This document shows positions 10,047 through 21,265 of a stretch of DNA of 64,000 nt, piece after piece. The translations under genes were made by a program, and so were the position numbers. The notes beneath the pieces were generated by a model. That model did no database searches and was not told the DNA's origin. It saw only the letters and a program-made list of their open reading frames with translations. Origin of the DNA: Paludibacteraceae bacterium (GTDB taxonomy: Bacteria; Bacteroidota; Bacteroidia; Bacteroidales; Paludibacteraceae); contig JBGVEC010000005.1 in the NCBI GenBank assembly GCA_045119815.1, positions 12,642-76,641 of the forward strand. Direction: 5' to 3'. Position 1 is the stretch's first letter, and each line of letters begins with the position of its first letter.

Positions 10047-11399
10047 TTATCTTGTGCGTGAACCTCCGGAAGAGCCTGTTCGCATGGTACTCGAACCACC
10101 AGAAGAGCGCATTGAACCAGAACCTGATGAACGCATAGAGGAACCTACACTGGATGAACGTACGGTAGATGTACTAGATGAACGCATCGTGGAGTTCGTA
10201 CTAGAGGAACGGGTGGATGTACTACTCGAGCGAGTTACAGATGGCGTTGTACTGCGTGATGTAGTAGCAGTAGAATTGGTACGAACCGTTGTTGTAGTTG
10301 AACGCGAAGGTGTCGCTACGGAAGTATTGGTACGGGTTGTACTAACACTACGAGTGGCTGTCGGTGCCGCAGTAGCACGAGTGGCCGTGGTAGCAGTACG
10401 GGTAGCTGTACCACGAGTAGCAGCAGAACGGGTAGCAGTCGATGTGGAAGCTACACGAGTGGCTGTAGAAGTATTAGCAATACGACCAGAAGTAGTAGCA
10501 GTACGTACATTAGAACTACCATAAGTGCGATTCATAGAAGACGACTGACGACCTGTAGTTGTCGATTGACGAGTAGCAGTTGGTTGTGCAATGCGTGTGC
10601 GCGAACCATTAATATCACTAGCTTGGCGCATTGTCGTTCTTCTATTCTGCTCAATAGTGCGAGCATTGGTTATATTACGCGATGCATTACGAGTAGCAAA
10701 TGAGCGCTCTGGATGACGAGTGGCAAAATCATTACGTCCTACATGCTGATGCATTGGGTGATAGTGTGGATGGTGATGATGCCCTGTGCGATAAGAGCAA
10801 ATAGGATAATGATAGTGGTGCCAATAGCAATGATCCCAATATATAAAAGGATCTACGCAATAGTATGGTCTCCACCAATGAGGATAATATCCCCAGTAGT
10901 ATGGCGAATGCCAACATACCCATGATGCACCCCAAAACCAATCATATATAAGAGGTCTGTAAATATATACAGGCTCAATGATATAGTTGGTTCCATAGAT
11001 ATACTCGTCACCTATTACTTGTACCGTAATAGACTGAGTCTTCTCATCTTTCTCTACAAAAATAGATGCGACATCTTGGTAAATATCCCTTGCTAACACA
11101 GCTTGTATAACCACCAAATGGCGATTATTATCTGCAGTTTCGATCACGCGCAAATAATCCACCTCTCCGTCGCCATTGAGATCAAGGTTAGAGAAAGCTG
11201 AGTCTGGGTTATTGAGCAGTTGCTCAAATTGTTCAAGATCTTTGGCTTGACCAAAGAGCGTCGCAACAGTTTTCAAATCGAGATTCTCCGAAATATCGAA
11301 CGATGTGGCTGTCACCGTAACGGTCTCATCTGCATAAGACGAGATAGGAATCATTAAACTAGAACAAATAGCCAATAGCAAAAATAATACCTTTTTCAT
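10047..11399 (-). CDS. Secreted hypothetical protein: globular N-domain, Trp/Tyr/His-rich core, ~190-aa Ser/Thr/Arg-rich tail
   Basis: Signal peptide MKKVLFLLLAICSSLMIPISSYA. DLNGDGEVDY loop. YYWGYYPHWWRPYY / HHYHYP / GHHHHPHYHPMHQH. Tail rich in TATR/STTR/SSMR units. Confidence 0.6.
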   Translation of the reverse strand: MKKVLFLLLAICSSLMIPISSYADETVTVTATSFDISENLDLKTVATLFGQAKDLEQFEQLLNNPDSAFSNLDLNGDGEVDYLRVIETADNNRHLVVIQAVLARDIYQDVASIFVEKDEKTQSITVQVIGDEYIYGTNYIIEPVYIYRPLIYDWFWGASWVCWHSPYYWGYYPHWWRPYYCVDPFIYWDHCYWHHYHYPICSYRTGHHHHPHYHPMHQHVGRNDFATRHPERSFATRNASRNITNARTIEQNRRTTMRQASDINGSRTRIAQPTATRQSTTTGRQSSSMNRTYGSSNVRTATTSGRIANTSTATRVASTSTATRSAATRGTATRTATTATRATAAPTATRSVSTTRTNTSVATPSRSTTTTVRTNSTATTSRSTTPSVTRSSSTSTRSSSTNSTMRSSSTSTVRSSSVGSSMRSSGSGSMRSSGGSSTMRTGSSGGSRTR

Positions 11400-11401
11400 A
11401 A

Positions 11402-12646
<1,245 letters not shown>

Positions 12647-14126
12647 ATATATATTGTTATTGTTTTCAAACGATGCCAATATTTCATCCACGCTTCAGGG
12701 TTAAATAGCGCAGAGTCTGTAGCCGCTTTATATGTAAGGAATATTCCTATAGGCAAAAGAATCATAGAACTCAGCCACATTCCCGACCAGCAAGACCATA
12801 AAGCCTCTCGAGCCATCTTATATCCTGTATTATCAATAATATAATAGACAATAAACATCACCACGGATATTACCACAGGTGCACCTAAGCCTCCTTTACG
12901 AGTAATGGCGCCAAGTGGAGCACCAATAAAGAAGAATATCAGACATGCAAAAGCCAACGTAAATTTGCGATGCAATTCGATCTCGTGTTTGCGTATATAT
13001 CGCTGATAATCATCCAACATCAACGCATTATAATCTACTTTATCCTTCTTCTCCTTAGCTTTATCCACCGCAGCAGAAATAGCTCGATACCGTTCGTCAT
13101 CCGAAAAATGGGCATAGAGTGAATCTACATCATATTGACTATATTGCTTGGGATCACCCTCCCACATATCTACATTACGATTTTCCAGTCGCTCTCTTCC
13201 AAAATAATGTTTGGCAATAATCACCTCACTCTGTTCCTTACTTCGCTGATGTTCAAGCACTTGAACTGAATCAATAGACTCTATCAATCGTGCTACATCC
13301 TTTGCCACATGTTGATCTTGAAGGACATCTTCGTTGTAGCGATTGAAATCCATATCAAAATCTATCAGCAACTGCTTATGGGAGAAAGACTCTCTACGAT
13401 ATGGAATATTCTTTGTAGAACGTTGCTGTTTTTTATCTAAATTCTCAAACGACTCACCATTGTATAACTGTAAGAGCAAATACTTGTTGTCCTTCGTAAA
13501 ATAGATCTGCCCAGAGTCTGCAACCATGACTTTTGCATTTTTAAATCCATCTGAATAGTCATAGATTGTCAGGTCATATAACATACCATTGTTGATGTTT
13601 TTGCTTCTAACCATTAGGTTATAACCATCTATTCCATCATAAAATTCCCCCACAGGGATATCTAATTCAGGCGACTTCTGCTTGAGCGAGAAAATGAGTG
13701 CCCACAATTTGACTTGAGACTTAGGAAGAATATTGTTAGAAAAGAAGAATGCTCCCACGGATATACAAGCAATGGTAATGGCTAATGGTCGCATGATACG
13801 GAATAGACTCACTCCAGCAGCTTTCATAGCGGTGAGTTCAAATTTCTCTCCCAAATTTCCAAACGTCATCAAGGATGCCAGCAATATCGCCAAAGGAAGC
13901 GCTAGGGGGACAACAGAAGTTGCAGCATAAACAAAGAACTCTGCTAACACCTTAATTTCCACACCCTTACCCACTAAATCCTTGACATGCAACCAAACAA
14001 ACTGCATAAGCAGAATAAAAACGCATATCAAAAAGGTAATAGCCAACAACCCAAGAAAATTCTTGAGCAAATAGACATCTATTTTCTTCAGTCCTACTCT
14101 CACCGTTTATGCTATATCCCTACTTA

Positions 14127-14606
14127 TTATCCTAAACTCTCACTGGTGAAACAAACAGGGAGAAGATCCTTGGCGCTTTCGAACACATAACATTCTCTAT
14201 CTCCGTAGAGTAGCACTTTCATAGGTACGCCAAATCGATGTTCAGTTTCCAACATCACTTGTCTGCATGCTCCGCAAGGACTAGCAGGATCCGCAGTAAA
14301 ATGCTCATTGGAATAGCATGCAATAGCCAATGCCACAACAGGTGTAGTAGGATTATTAGCATTAGCAGCAAATAAAGCAGTACGCTCTGCACACAAACCA
14401 CTAGGATAAGCAGCATTCTCTTGGTTGGCACCGGTTACAACTTGCCCGTCTGCTAATAACGCTGCAGCACCTACATGGTAATGAGAATATGGACAGTACG
14501 CATCTTGCGTTTTGTTTTTAGCTGTCTCTACCAATTCGCGCAAATTTACTGGCAACTCTTCTTGAGAGCACACTGTTACTTTGGTTTTGATTTCTAATTC
14601 TTTCAT
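14127..14606 (-). CDS. cdd: Cytidine deaminase
   Basis: Zinc motifs CAERTALF and PCGACRQ. I chose the Met at 14606 (MKELEIK) because the longer ORF runs over the promoter box. Confidence 0.9.
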   Translation of the reverse strand: MKELEIKTKVTVCSQEELPVNLRELVETAKNKTQDAYCPYSHYHVGAAALLADGQVVTGANQENAAYPSGLCAERTALFAANANNPTTPVVALAIACYSNEHFTADPASPCGACRQVMLETEHRFGVPMKVLLYGDRECYVFESAKDLLPVCFTSESLG

Positions 14607-14670
14607 TGCTGTTGGACTTTTGAGTTTCACGCCTCGTATGCACAGACGCATACTCGCGCATAATACGGTA

Positions 14671-14678
14671 CAAAGGTA
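14671..14678 (-). promoter_or_regulatory. Bacteroidota -7 box TACCTTTG (for cdd)
   Basis: The plus strand reads caaaggta, matching the TAnnTTTG consensus on the minus strand about 65 nt upstream of the cdd start. Confidence 0.5.
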
Positions 14679-14783
14679 CAACTTTTTTGTTAAATACGCA
14701 AATTTTATGCCACGCTCCCTCTATTATTACCCGTAAACCATCGTAAAAAACAGCAAACATTTGTGTATATAAGAAAAAAGTTG

Positions 14784-14791
14784 TATCTTTG
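14784..14791 (+). promoter_or_regulatory. Bacteroidota -7 box TATCTTTG (for tilS)
   Basis: TAnnTTTG match about 40 nt upstream of ATG 14832. Confidence 0.5.
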
Positions 14792-14831
14792 CAGGCTTAA
14801 ATTGTGCACACACGCGCACACAGGATCCATT

Positions 14832-15707
14832 ATGCTACGCAGAGTACAGAAATACATACGCGATAAAGAGTTGCTCCAGAGTGGCGACCGCGTATTGGTA
14901 TGTGTCAGCGGAGGAGCTGATAGTATCGCATTATTAGATGTACTACAACGAGGAGGATACGATTGTGTAGTCGCTCATTGCAACTTTCATCTGCGAGGGG
15001 AGGAGAGCGATAGGGATGAAGCATTTGTTAGGCGATTAGGTGAGGTGAAGGTAAAGCATTTCGATACCCTAGCATATGCAAAAGAGCAAGGATTAAGCAT
15101 TGAGATGAGTGCTAGAAAATTGCGCTACGAATGGTTTGCCCAAGTAGCAAAAGAAGAGGGATGCAAAGCGATTGCTGTAGCACATCATCAAAACGACCAA
15201 GCAGAGACAGTACTTCTCAATCTCAAACGAGGAACAGGTATACGAGGTCTATGTGGTATGCGAGCTAAAAGTAGCAATCCTGAAGGTGGCGATACACCAG
15301 TAATCCGCCCTCTGTTATGTACCACTCGCGATTATATAGAACACTATCTACGGGATATACGACATTTACCATGGGTGGAGGATAGTACCAACAAGGATAC
15401 CGCTATTACCCGCAATGCCGTTCGCCAACAATTATCAACCTACAGCAAAGCAGAGATTGAGCATATAGCTAATACTGCCGAGCATATGCAAGGATATGTG
15501 GATTGGCTAGAAGGTAAAGAAACAGCATCCGCTGGACGTGCGAAATTGCACGAAGAATTGAAAGAATATGGTTTCGTGGAGATAGATAAGATCTACCATG
15601 CTTTGCAACAAGGCGTAGGAGGCAAAACATTCTGTTCTACCACCCACCAAGCGGTCATCAAGAAAGGGAAATTAATCATAGCACCTTTAGAACATTTAGA
15701 ACATTGA
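14832..15707 (+). CDS. tilS: tRNA(Ile)-lysidine synthetase (short form)
   Basis: PP-loop VCVSGGADS and HHQNDQAETVLLNL. Start moved to the Met at 14832, downstream of the promoter box. Confidence 0.85.
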   Translation: MLRRVQKYIRDKELLQSGDRVLVCVSGGADSIALLDVLQRGGYDCVVAHCNFHLRGEESDRDEAFVRRLGEVKVKHFDTLAYAKEQGLSIEMSARKLRYEWFAQVAKEEGCKAIAVAHHQNDQAETVLLNLKRGTGIRGLCGMRAKSSNPEGGDTPVIRPLLCTTRDYIEHYLRDIRHLPWVEDSTNKDTAITRNAVRQQLSTYSKAEIEHIANTAEHMQGYVDWLEGKETASAGRAKLHEELKEYGFVEIDKIYHALQQGVGGKTFCSTTHQAVIKKGKLIIAPLEHLEH

Positions 15708-16450
15708 AACACTACGGCATCATAGGCAACCCTCTAGGACATTCGTATTCCGAGGGATACTTCACGGACAAATTTATTCGTGAAGCCATTGATGCATGCT
15801 ATACTCCCTACCCTTTGGCAAGGATAGAAGAAGTCACCGAAATGCTAGAGGAATTAGATGGTTTTAACGTGACATACCCATATAAGGAAGTCATACTACC
15901 TTATTTGAACGCAATTGATCCTGTAGCCAATACGATAGGTGCAGTCAATGTAGTAAGTCACGGCAAAGGATATAATACGGATTGGATAGGGTTTAGAGAT
16001 AGTTTGCGCCCATTACTAGTGACACTTTCCACCAAAGCACTTTTGTTAGGAACGGGAGGAGTGAGTAAGGCTATACAATATGCACTCCGGGATTTAGGTA
16101 TACCATACACTTTGGTTAGCAGAACTGCTGACCATCAAGCAACTGGTCTATTAAGTTATAAAGAAGTCAACGAGCAAGTTATCCATGAGCACAAACTGAT
16201 CATCAATTGCACTCCACTCGGTATGGTCCCTTATCAAGACCAAAAACCAGATATCCCTTATCATCTGCTCAGCGAAAAACACATATTATACGATTGTATA
16301 TACAATCCCCAAAAGACGCTTTTCCTACAAGAAGGAGAGAAACAGGGATGCACCATCAAGAATGGACTAGATATGCTCCATCTTCAGGCAGACAAAGCAT
16401 GGGAGATATGGAAAGCAAGTGTAGAGAAAAAAAATAAAAATAGAATATGA
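15704..16450 (+). CDS. aroE: Shikimate dehydrogenase
   Basis: YGIIGNPLGHSYS, NVTYPYK, LLGTGGVSKA. TTG start overlapping the tilS stop (TTGA). Confidence 0.85.
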   Translation: MKHYGIIGNPLGHSYSEGYFTDKFIREAIDACYTPYPLARIEEVTEMLEELDGFNVTYPYKEVILPYLNAIDPVANTIGAVNVVSHGKGYNTDWIGFRDSLRPLLVTLSTKALLLGTGGVSKAIQYALRDLGIPYTLVSRTADHQATGLLSYKEVNEQVIHEHKLIINCTPLGMVPYQDQKPDIPYHLLSEKHILYDCIYNPQKTLFLQEGEKQGCTIKNGLDMLHLQADKAWEIWKASVEKKNKNRI

Positions 16451-17490
16451 AACGAATAAACATACTATTGGTCACGCTACTATGGGTAGCCAACCTAATG
16501 CAAGCACAACTGGTGCAAGAGAACGAAACGGCAGTCGTGTACTATATGCCTAAAACAGAATTAGTGATTACGCTTTCTTATGAGCGTATAGAACAGGAGC
16601 CTGGCATATTCTATCAATATGCGCAACGTTATCTTGGTGCGAAGGAGATCGTTACCGAGAAGAAAACCACCTACCAATTGAGCGACATGGCACTCAGCAC
16701 CCAAGCTAGTGCAGATACAGAGCGCGCCTATAAGATCAACGCACAAAAAGGCTACCAACTGCAATTGCTCTCACTCACTACTGACGGCAGATTGCTTGGA
16801 TACAATATAGGCGATGTATCGAAAGACGATGAGGTGAAAGGCGAAAAGCGAAAGGCGAAAGGCGAAAGGCGAGAGGAACTGATGCCATTATTGGAGGAAC
16901 AATTTATGGCTGGTTCGATAGCCAAAATGGCAGAAGGAGCTGCCAAACAAATCTATCGTATTCGTGAGATACGCCTTAACATCCTAGGAGGCGATGTAGA
17001 GCATGTGCCAGCAGACGGCCAAGCCATGCAATTAGTATTGGATGAATTGGACAAACAAGAGCAAGCCTTAGTTGCATTATTCATAGGAACAACCCAAGTG
17101 ACACAGCATACCCATACTTTCCGTTACCTCCCAGCAGATGATGTAGAGAAAGAAGTTGTATGCCGTCTATCCAAACATACAGGTATTGTGGATAAGAATG
17201 ATCTGAGCGGAGAGCCCGTGTACTTGACCCTCAAAGCACACAAGCAATCACTACAAACAGCCTATACCGTAGATGCAAAATCATCCTCTTTGCCTTCACA
17301 ACTATACTACAATTTACCAGGTAGAGCGGATATAAAGTTACAATGTCACACATGCACTTTAGCACAATCCGTGACTGTGGCACAATATGGTATAGCCATC
17401 CCATTGGCATTGGATTTGTTCAATAGCAAACAAAAAAATAGCATCGTTATCCACCCTGAGACAGGAAATATTTTATCCATTCAACAATGA
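16447..17490 (+). CDS. Secreted hypothetical protein (DUF4831-like, tentative)
   Basis: Signal peptide. VVYYMPKTELVITL...GIFYQYAQRYLG resembles the DUF4831 N-terminus from memory. Overlapping start and stop codons with both neighbours. Confidence 0.45.
   Translation: MKRINILLVTLLWVANLMQAQLVQENETAVVYYMPKTELVITLSYERIEQEPGIFYQYAQRYLGAKEIVTEKKTTYQLSDMALSTQASADTERAYKINAQKGYQLQLLSLTTDGRLLGYNIGDVSKDDEVKGEKRKAKGERREELMPLLEEQFMAGSIAKMAEGAAKQIYRIREIRLNILGGDVEHVPADGQAMQLVLDELDKQEQALVALFIGTTQVTQHTHTFRYLPADDVEKEVVCRLSKHTGIVDKNDLSGEPVYLTLKAHKQSLQTAYTVDAKSSSLPSQLYYNLPGRADIKLQCHTCTLAQSVTVAQYGIAIPLALDLFNSKQKNSIVIHPETGNILSIQQ
16836..16876 (+). repeat. GCGAAAG heptamer tract in frame (KGEKRKAKGERRE)
   Basis: gaaaggcgaaaagcgaaaggcgaaaggcgaaaggcgagagg. 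Confidence 0.9.
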
Positions 17491-18392
17491 AAAAACTGAT
17501 CACTATCCTATCCCTATTTATGGTAGGGACCTGCATATGGGCACAAGAACTCAGATGTACTGTCACCATCAATTCGGATCAAATTCAAGGTACCAACAAA
17601 GAGGTGTTTAACACCCTCAAACAAAGCATCGAGGAGTATGTCAACTCCTTGCGTTGGACCAATATGACCTACCAAGAAAAAGAACGCATTGAGTGCAGTA
17701 TGTTACTCGTTGTTAAGAGCGTACAAGACGATATGTTCAATTGTGAGTTCACCTGTCAAAGTCGACGTCCTGTATGGGGGACTACTTACTCGACTCCATT
17801 GCTCAACATCAAAGATAATAACTTTGCTTTCCGCTACCAAGAGTACGATCGTCTTGACTACCAACAGAGTACGTTTACCACCAACCTGACTGCCCTCCTC
17901 GCTTACTACTGCTATCTGATTATTGGTCACGATATGGATTCCTTCTCCAAATTAGGCGGCACCCCCTATTTTCAAGCCTGTGAAAGCATTGTTAATGCAG
18001 CACAATCCGCTTCACTAGAGACTATGGAGGCTGCTGGTTGGAAAGCCTTTGAGAGCAATCGCAACCGATATGCGCTCATCAACAATCTAATGGACGAAGC
18101 ATTCAAGAAATATCGCTTATTCTATTATGAGTACCATCGCCATGGATTGGATGAAATGGTCAATAATGTAGCCAATGGTCGCGCACGTATTGCTAAGGAG
18201 ATGATTGTGCTCAAAGAGGCATACAATGCTCGCCCAGGAACCTATATCATCAATACATTCTTAGATGCTAAGAATGATGAACTAGTCAATATTTTTGAGA
18301 AGGGTACTAGTGAGGAGAAGAAGCAAGTATATGACTTACTAATGCTCATAGACCCTACTCGTCAAACAACATACGACCGTATCAATAAATAA
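17487..18392 (+). CDS. DUF4835-like protein (PorD-type T9SS-associated family, tentative)
   Basis: Signal peptide, then ELRCTVTINSDQIQGTNKEVFNTLKQSIEEYVNSLRWTN, which matches my memory of the DUF4835 N-terminus. Confidence 0.5.
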   Translation: MKKLITILSLFMVGTCIWAQELRCTVTINSDQIQGTNKEVFNTLKQSIEEYVNSLRWTNMTYQEKERIECSMLLVVKSVQDDMFNCEFTCQSRRPVWGTTYSTPLLNIKDNNFAFRYQEYDRLDYQQSTFTTNLTALLAYYCYLIIGHDMDSFSKLGGTPYFQACESIVNAAQSASLETMEAAGWKAFESNRNRYALINNLMDEAFKKYRLFYYEYHRHGLDEMVNNVANGRARIAKEMIVLKEAYNARPGTYIINTFLDAKNDELVNIFEKGTSEEKKQVYDLLMLIDPTRQTTYDRINK

Positions 18393-18420
18393 CGTAATTC
18401 ATAATTCAAAATAACCATAT

Positions 18421-19962
18421 ATGTCAAAAGTTCGTGTTCGTTTTGCTCCTAGCCCAACAGGCGCATTGCACATTGGCGGTGTACGTACTGCCTTGTTTAA
18501 CTACTTGTTTGCTCGCCAACATGGTGGCGATATGTTGCTTCGTATAGAAGATACTGACTCCACACGCTTCGTGCCTGGAGCCGAAGAATATATTACCGAG
18601 TCCCTAGCATGGCTCGGCATTGAGATTGACGAAGGTATCTGCCAAGATGCACCTAACGGCAAGGGCGATCATGGTCCATACCGCCAAAGTGAGCGTCGTG
18701 AAATCTACCACCAATATGTAGATCAGCTCCTCGCTTCGGGCAATGCCTATATCGCATTCGACACCCCTGAGCAACTCGAAGCAAAGCGTGCGGAGATCGC
18801 CAATTTCCAATACGATGCCCGCACCCGCGAGCAGATGGTCAATTCTCTCACACTCAGCCCAGAGGAAGTACAAGCCCGCATTGCTGCTGGAGAGAAGTAT
18901 GTGGTTCGCTTCAAGGTAGAGCCAAATATTGATGTACATGTCCACGACCTTATCCGTGGCGAAGTGGTCATCAACTCCAATATTCTTGACGACAAGGTGC
19001 TCTATAAGTCAGCCGATGACCTGCCTACCTACCATCTTGCCAACATCGTGGATGACCACTTGATGGAGATCAGCCATGTCATTCGTGGTGAAGAGTGGCT
19101 GCCTTCTGCCCCACTCCATGTGCTCTTATATAAGGCGTTTGGTTGGGAAGACACTATGCCTGAGTTCGCTCACTTGCCACTCTTGCTCAAGCCAGATGGC
19201 AATGGTAAGCTTTCTAAGCGCGATGGTGACCGCTTGGGATTCCCTGTATTCCCACTCGAGTTCCACAACCAGAAGGATGGGTCTGTATCATCGGGTTACC
19301 GCGAAGAGGGTTATTACCCAGAGGCGGTCATCAACTTCCTCGCACTTCTTGGTTGGCACGCTACGGGCGACCAAGAGATGTACTCGATGCAAGAACTCAT
19401 CGAGCAATTCTCGCTGGAGCGCGTGAGCAAGTCAGGCGCTAAGTTCGACTACGAAAAAGGCAAATGGTTCAACCACCAATACCTCCAACTCCGTAGCAAC
19501 GAAGAATTGGCCGAGCAGTTTATGCCTATTCTCGCCTCTCGCCTTTCGCCTAATAGCCTAATAGCCTTATCGCCTGACGTAGTCGCGAAAGTGATCGGCC
19601 TCACCAAAGACCGCGTGAATTTCGTTTCCGAACTCTGGGAGCAAGTCAATTTCTTCTTTGTGGCTCCTGAGGAGTACGACGAGAAGTCGCTTAAGAAGCG
19701 TTGGAAAGAGGATTCTCCAAAGCATATGACTGAGATGCTTGCTTTGCTGGAGGCACACGAGGATTGGTCTGCAGAGGGTTTAGATAACTTGATCATGCCA
19801 TGGATTGCAGAGAAGGAGTACGGCGTAGGTATTGTGATGAATGCCTTCCGTATCTGTTTGGTTGGTGCTGCTCGTGGTCCACACATCTGGAATATCACCG
19901 ATATCCTTGGCAAAGAAGAGACCCTCAAACGTGTAAGAACAGCATTGGAGAAACTCGCTTAA
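18421..19962 (+). CDS. gltX: Glutamate--tRNA ligase
   Basis: HIGH-type motif ([10 protein letters not shown]) and KLSKR (KMSKS-type). Confidence 0.95.
   Translation: MSKVRVRFAPSPTGALHIGGVRTALFNYLFARQHGGDMLLRIEDTDSTRFVPGAEEYITESLAWLGIEIDEGICQDAPNGKGDHGPYRQSERREIYHQYVDQLLASGNAYIAFDTPEQLEAKRAEIANFQYDARTREQMVNSLTLSPEEVQARIAAGEKYVVRFKVEPNIDVHVHDLIRGEVVINSNILDDKVLYKSADDLPTYHLANIVDDHLMEISHVIRGEEWLPSAPLHVLLYKAFGWEDTMPEFAHLPLLLKPDGNGKLSKRDGDRLGFPVFPLEFHNQKDGSVSSGYREEGYYPEAVINFLALLGWHATGDQEMYSMQELIEQFSLERVSKSGAKFDYEKGKWFNHQYLQLRSNEELAEQFMPILASRLSPNSLIALSPDVVAKVIGLTKDRVNFVSELWEQVNFFFVAPEEYDEKSLKKRWKEDSPKHMTEMLALLEAHEDWSAEGLDNLIMPWIAEKEYGVGIVMNAFRICLVGAARGPHIWNITDILGKEETLKRVRTALEKLA
19531..19574 (-). 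repeat. Composite GGCTATT/GGCGAAA/GGCGAGA heptamer block in inverted orientation, in frame in gltX
   Basis: ctcgcctctcgcctttcgcctaatagcctaatagccttatcgcc. Its reverse complement is ggcgataaggctattaggctattaggcgaaaggcgagaggcgag. Translated [14 protein letters not shown]. Confidence 0.9.
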
Positions 19963-19995
19963 TTGATATTTCGCTACCATCAAGAATTTGGTAAT

Positions 19996-21252
19996 ATGAA
20001 TCAAGATAGAAAAATGATATACCTCTGTTTGGCACACATGTCAGATGAGGGACTAGAGCAAAAGTACATCCAAGAAGCCTTTGATACCAATTGGGTTGTA
20101 CCTTTGGGTCCTAACGTGAATGCCTTTGAGGCTCAACTCAAAGAGTTTCATGGAGGAAAAAGCGAAGCGGTAGCCCTATCTGCTGGCACAGCTGCTGTAC
20201 ATCTGGGTCTATTGGCTTGTGGCGTTAGTCCAGGTGATGAGGTATGTGTACAGTCCTTTACTTTCTGTGCATCATCTCATCCTATTACCTATCTAGGCGC
20301 CACTCCGGTGTTTATTGACTCAGAGGCAGACACATGGAATATGGATCCAGATTTACTAGAGAAAGCCATTGAGGATCGTATTGCCAAGACAGGCAAAAAA
20401 CCAAAAGCCATTGTGCCAGTTGCGCTATATGGTATGCCATACAACTGCGATCGCATCATGGAGATTGCTAAGAAATACGATATTCCTGTGGTAGAAGACG
20501 CAGCCGAAGGATTTGGTTCTAGTTACAAGGGACAGATGTTGGGCACCTTCGGAAGATTTGGTGTACTTTCGTTCAATGGTAATAAGATGATCACCACCTC
20601 AGGTGGTGGTGCCTTACTCTGTCAAACGGCCGAAGATAAGGAGAAAATCATGTGGTATGCCACCCAAGCGCGTGAAGCCTATCCATATTACCAGCACGAG
20701 GAGATAGGCTACAACTACCGCATGTCCAACATCTGTGCGGGTATTGGTCGTGGTCAAATGGCGATAGTCAATGACCACATCGCTCATCACAAACATGTAC
20801 AAGCCTTGTATGAGGAGCTGCTAGCTGATGTAGAGGGTATCACGGTACACAAAGCGCCATCAGCTGATTATGATTCCAACTATTGGTTGTGCACCATCGA
20901 ACTAGATCCTGCATTGTGCATCCAAGGTCAAGAACATGCATACAAAGAGGTCATCACTAGCGCTGTAGGTGGTGCTGCAGGTGTGATACATGCAGTAGAT
21001 TCAGCCACAACGGATTGTCAACCTAATGCTAATGTAGAGGCATTGAGGGTGTATATGTTGAATGCCAAGATTGAGGCTCGTCCGGTATGGAAACCTATGC
21101 ACAAGCAACCTGTTTACAAGAACGCTCCTGCCTATGTCAATGGTGTCAGTGAGAGTATCTTCAAGGTAGGTATGTGCTTACCTGCAGGTCCTTATGTAAG
21201 TGATGATGATGTACGATACATCGTTGATACGATAAAAAAAGCAATCATTTAA
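19996..21252 (+). CDS. DegT/DnrJ/EryC1/StrS family PLP-dependent sugar aminotransferase
   Basis: EQKYIQEAFDTNWVVPLGPNV..., FNGNKMITTSGGG (Lys motif). Start choice 19996 or 20014 is uncertain. Confidence 0.8.
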   Translation: MNQDRKMIYLCLAHMSDEGLEQKYIQEAFDTNWVVPLGPNVNAFEAQLKEFHGGKSEAVALSAGTAAVHLGLLACGVSPGDEVCVQSFTFCASSHPITYLGATPVFIDSEADTWNMDPDLLEKAIEDRIAKTGKKPKAIVPVALYGMPYNCDRIMEIAKKYDIPVVEDAAEGFGSSYKGQMLGTFGRFGVLSFNGNKMITTSGGGALLCQTAEDKEKIMWYATQAREAYPYYQHEEIGYNYRMSNICAGIGRGQMAIVNDHIAHHKHVQALYEELLADVEGITVHKAPSADYDSNYWLCTIELDPALCIQGQEHAYKEVITSAVGGAAGVIHAVDSATTDCQPNANVEALRVYMLNAKIEARPVWKPMHKQPVYKNAPAYVNGVSESIFKVGMCLPAGPYVSDDDVRYIVDTIKKAII

Positions 21253-21265
21253 ACAAATTTGAGTT

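Noticed and set aside
10006-10524. 172-aa plus-strand ORF rich in V/E/R/A.
   Set aside because: It is the mirror image of the S/T/R-rich tail of the 450-aa minus-strand gene and overlaps that gene's terminator. It is an artefact of low-complexity DNA.
14832-15707. TilS of only 291 aa as a possible truncation or pseudogene. The YigZ of 128 aa (6088-6474) raises the same question.
   Set aside because: Short TilS forms lacking the C-terminal domain are known (for example in Aquifex). The PP-loop and core motifs are intact, and the stop overlaps the aroE start in a tidy TTGA junction. The YigZ N-domain is intact and the gene is followed immediately by coaD. There is no frameshift evidence in either case.
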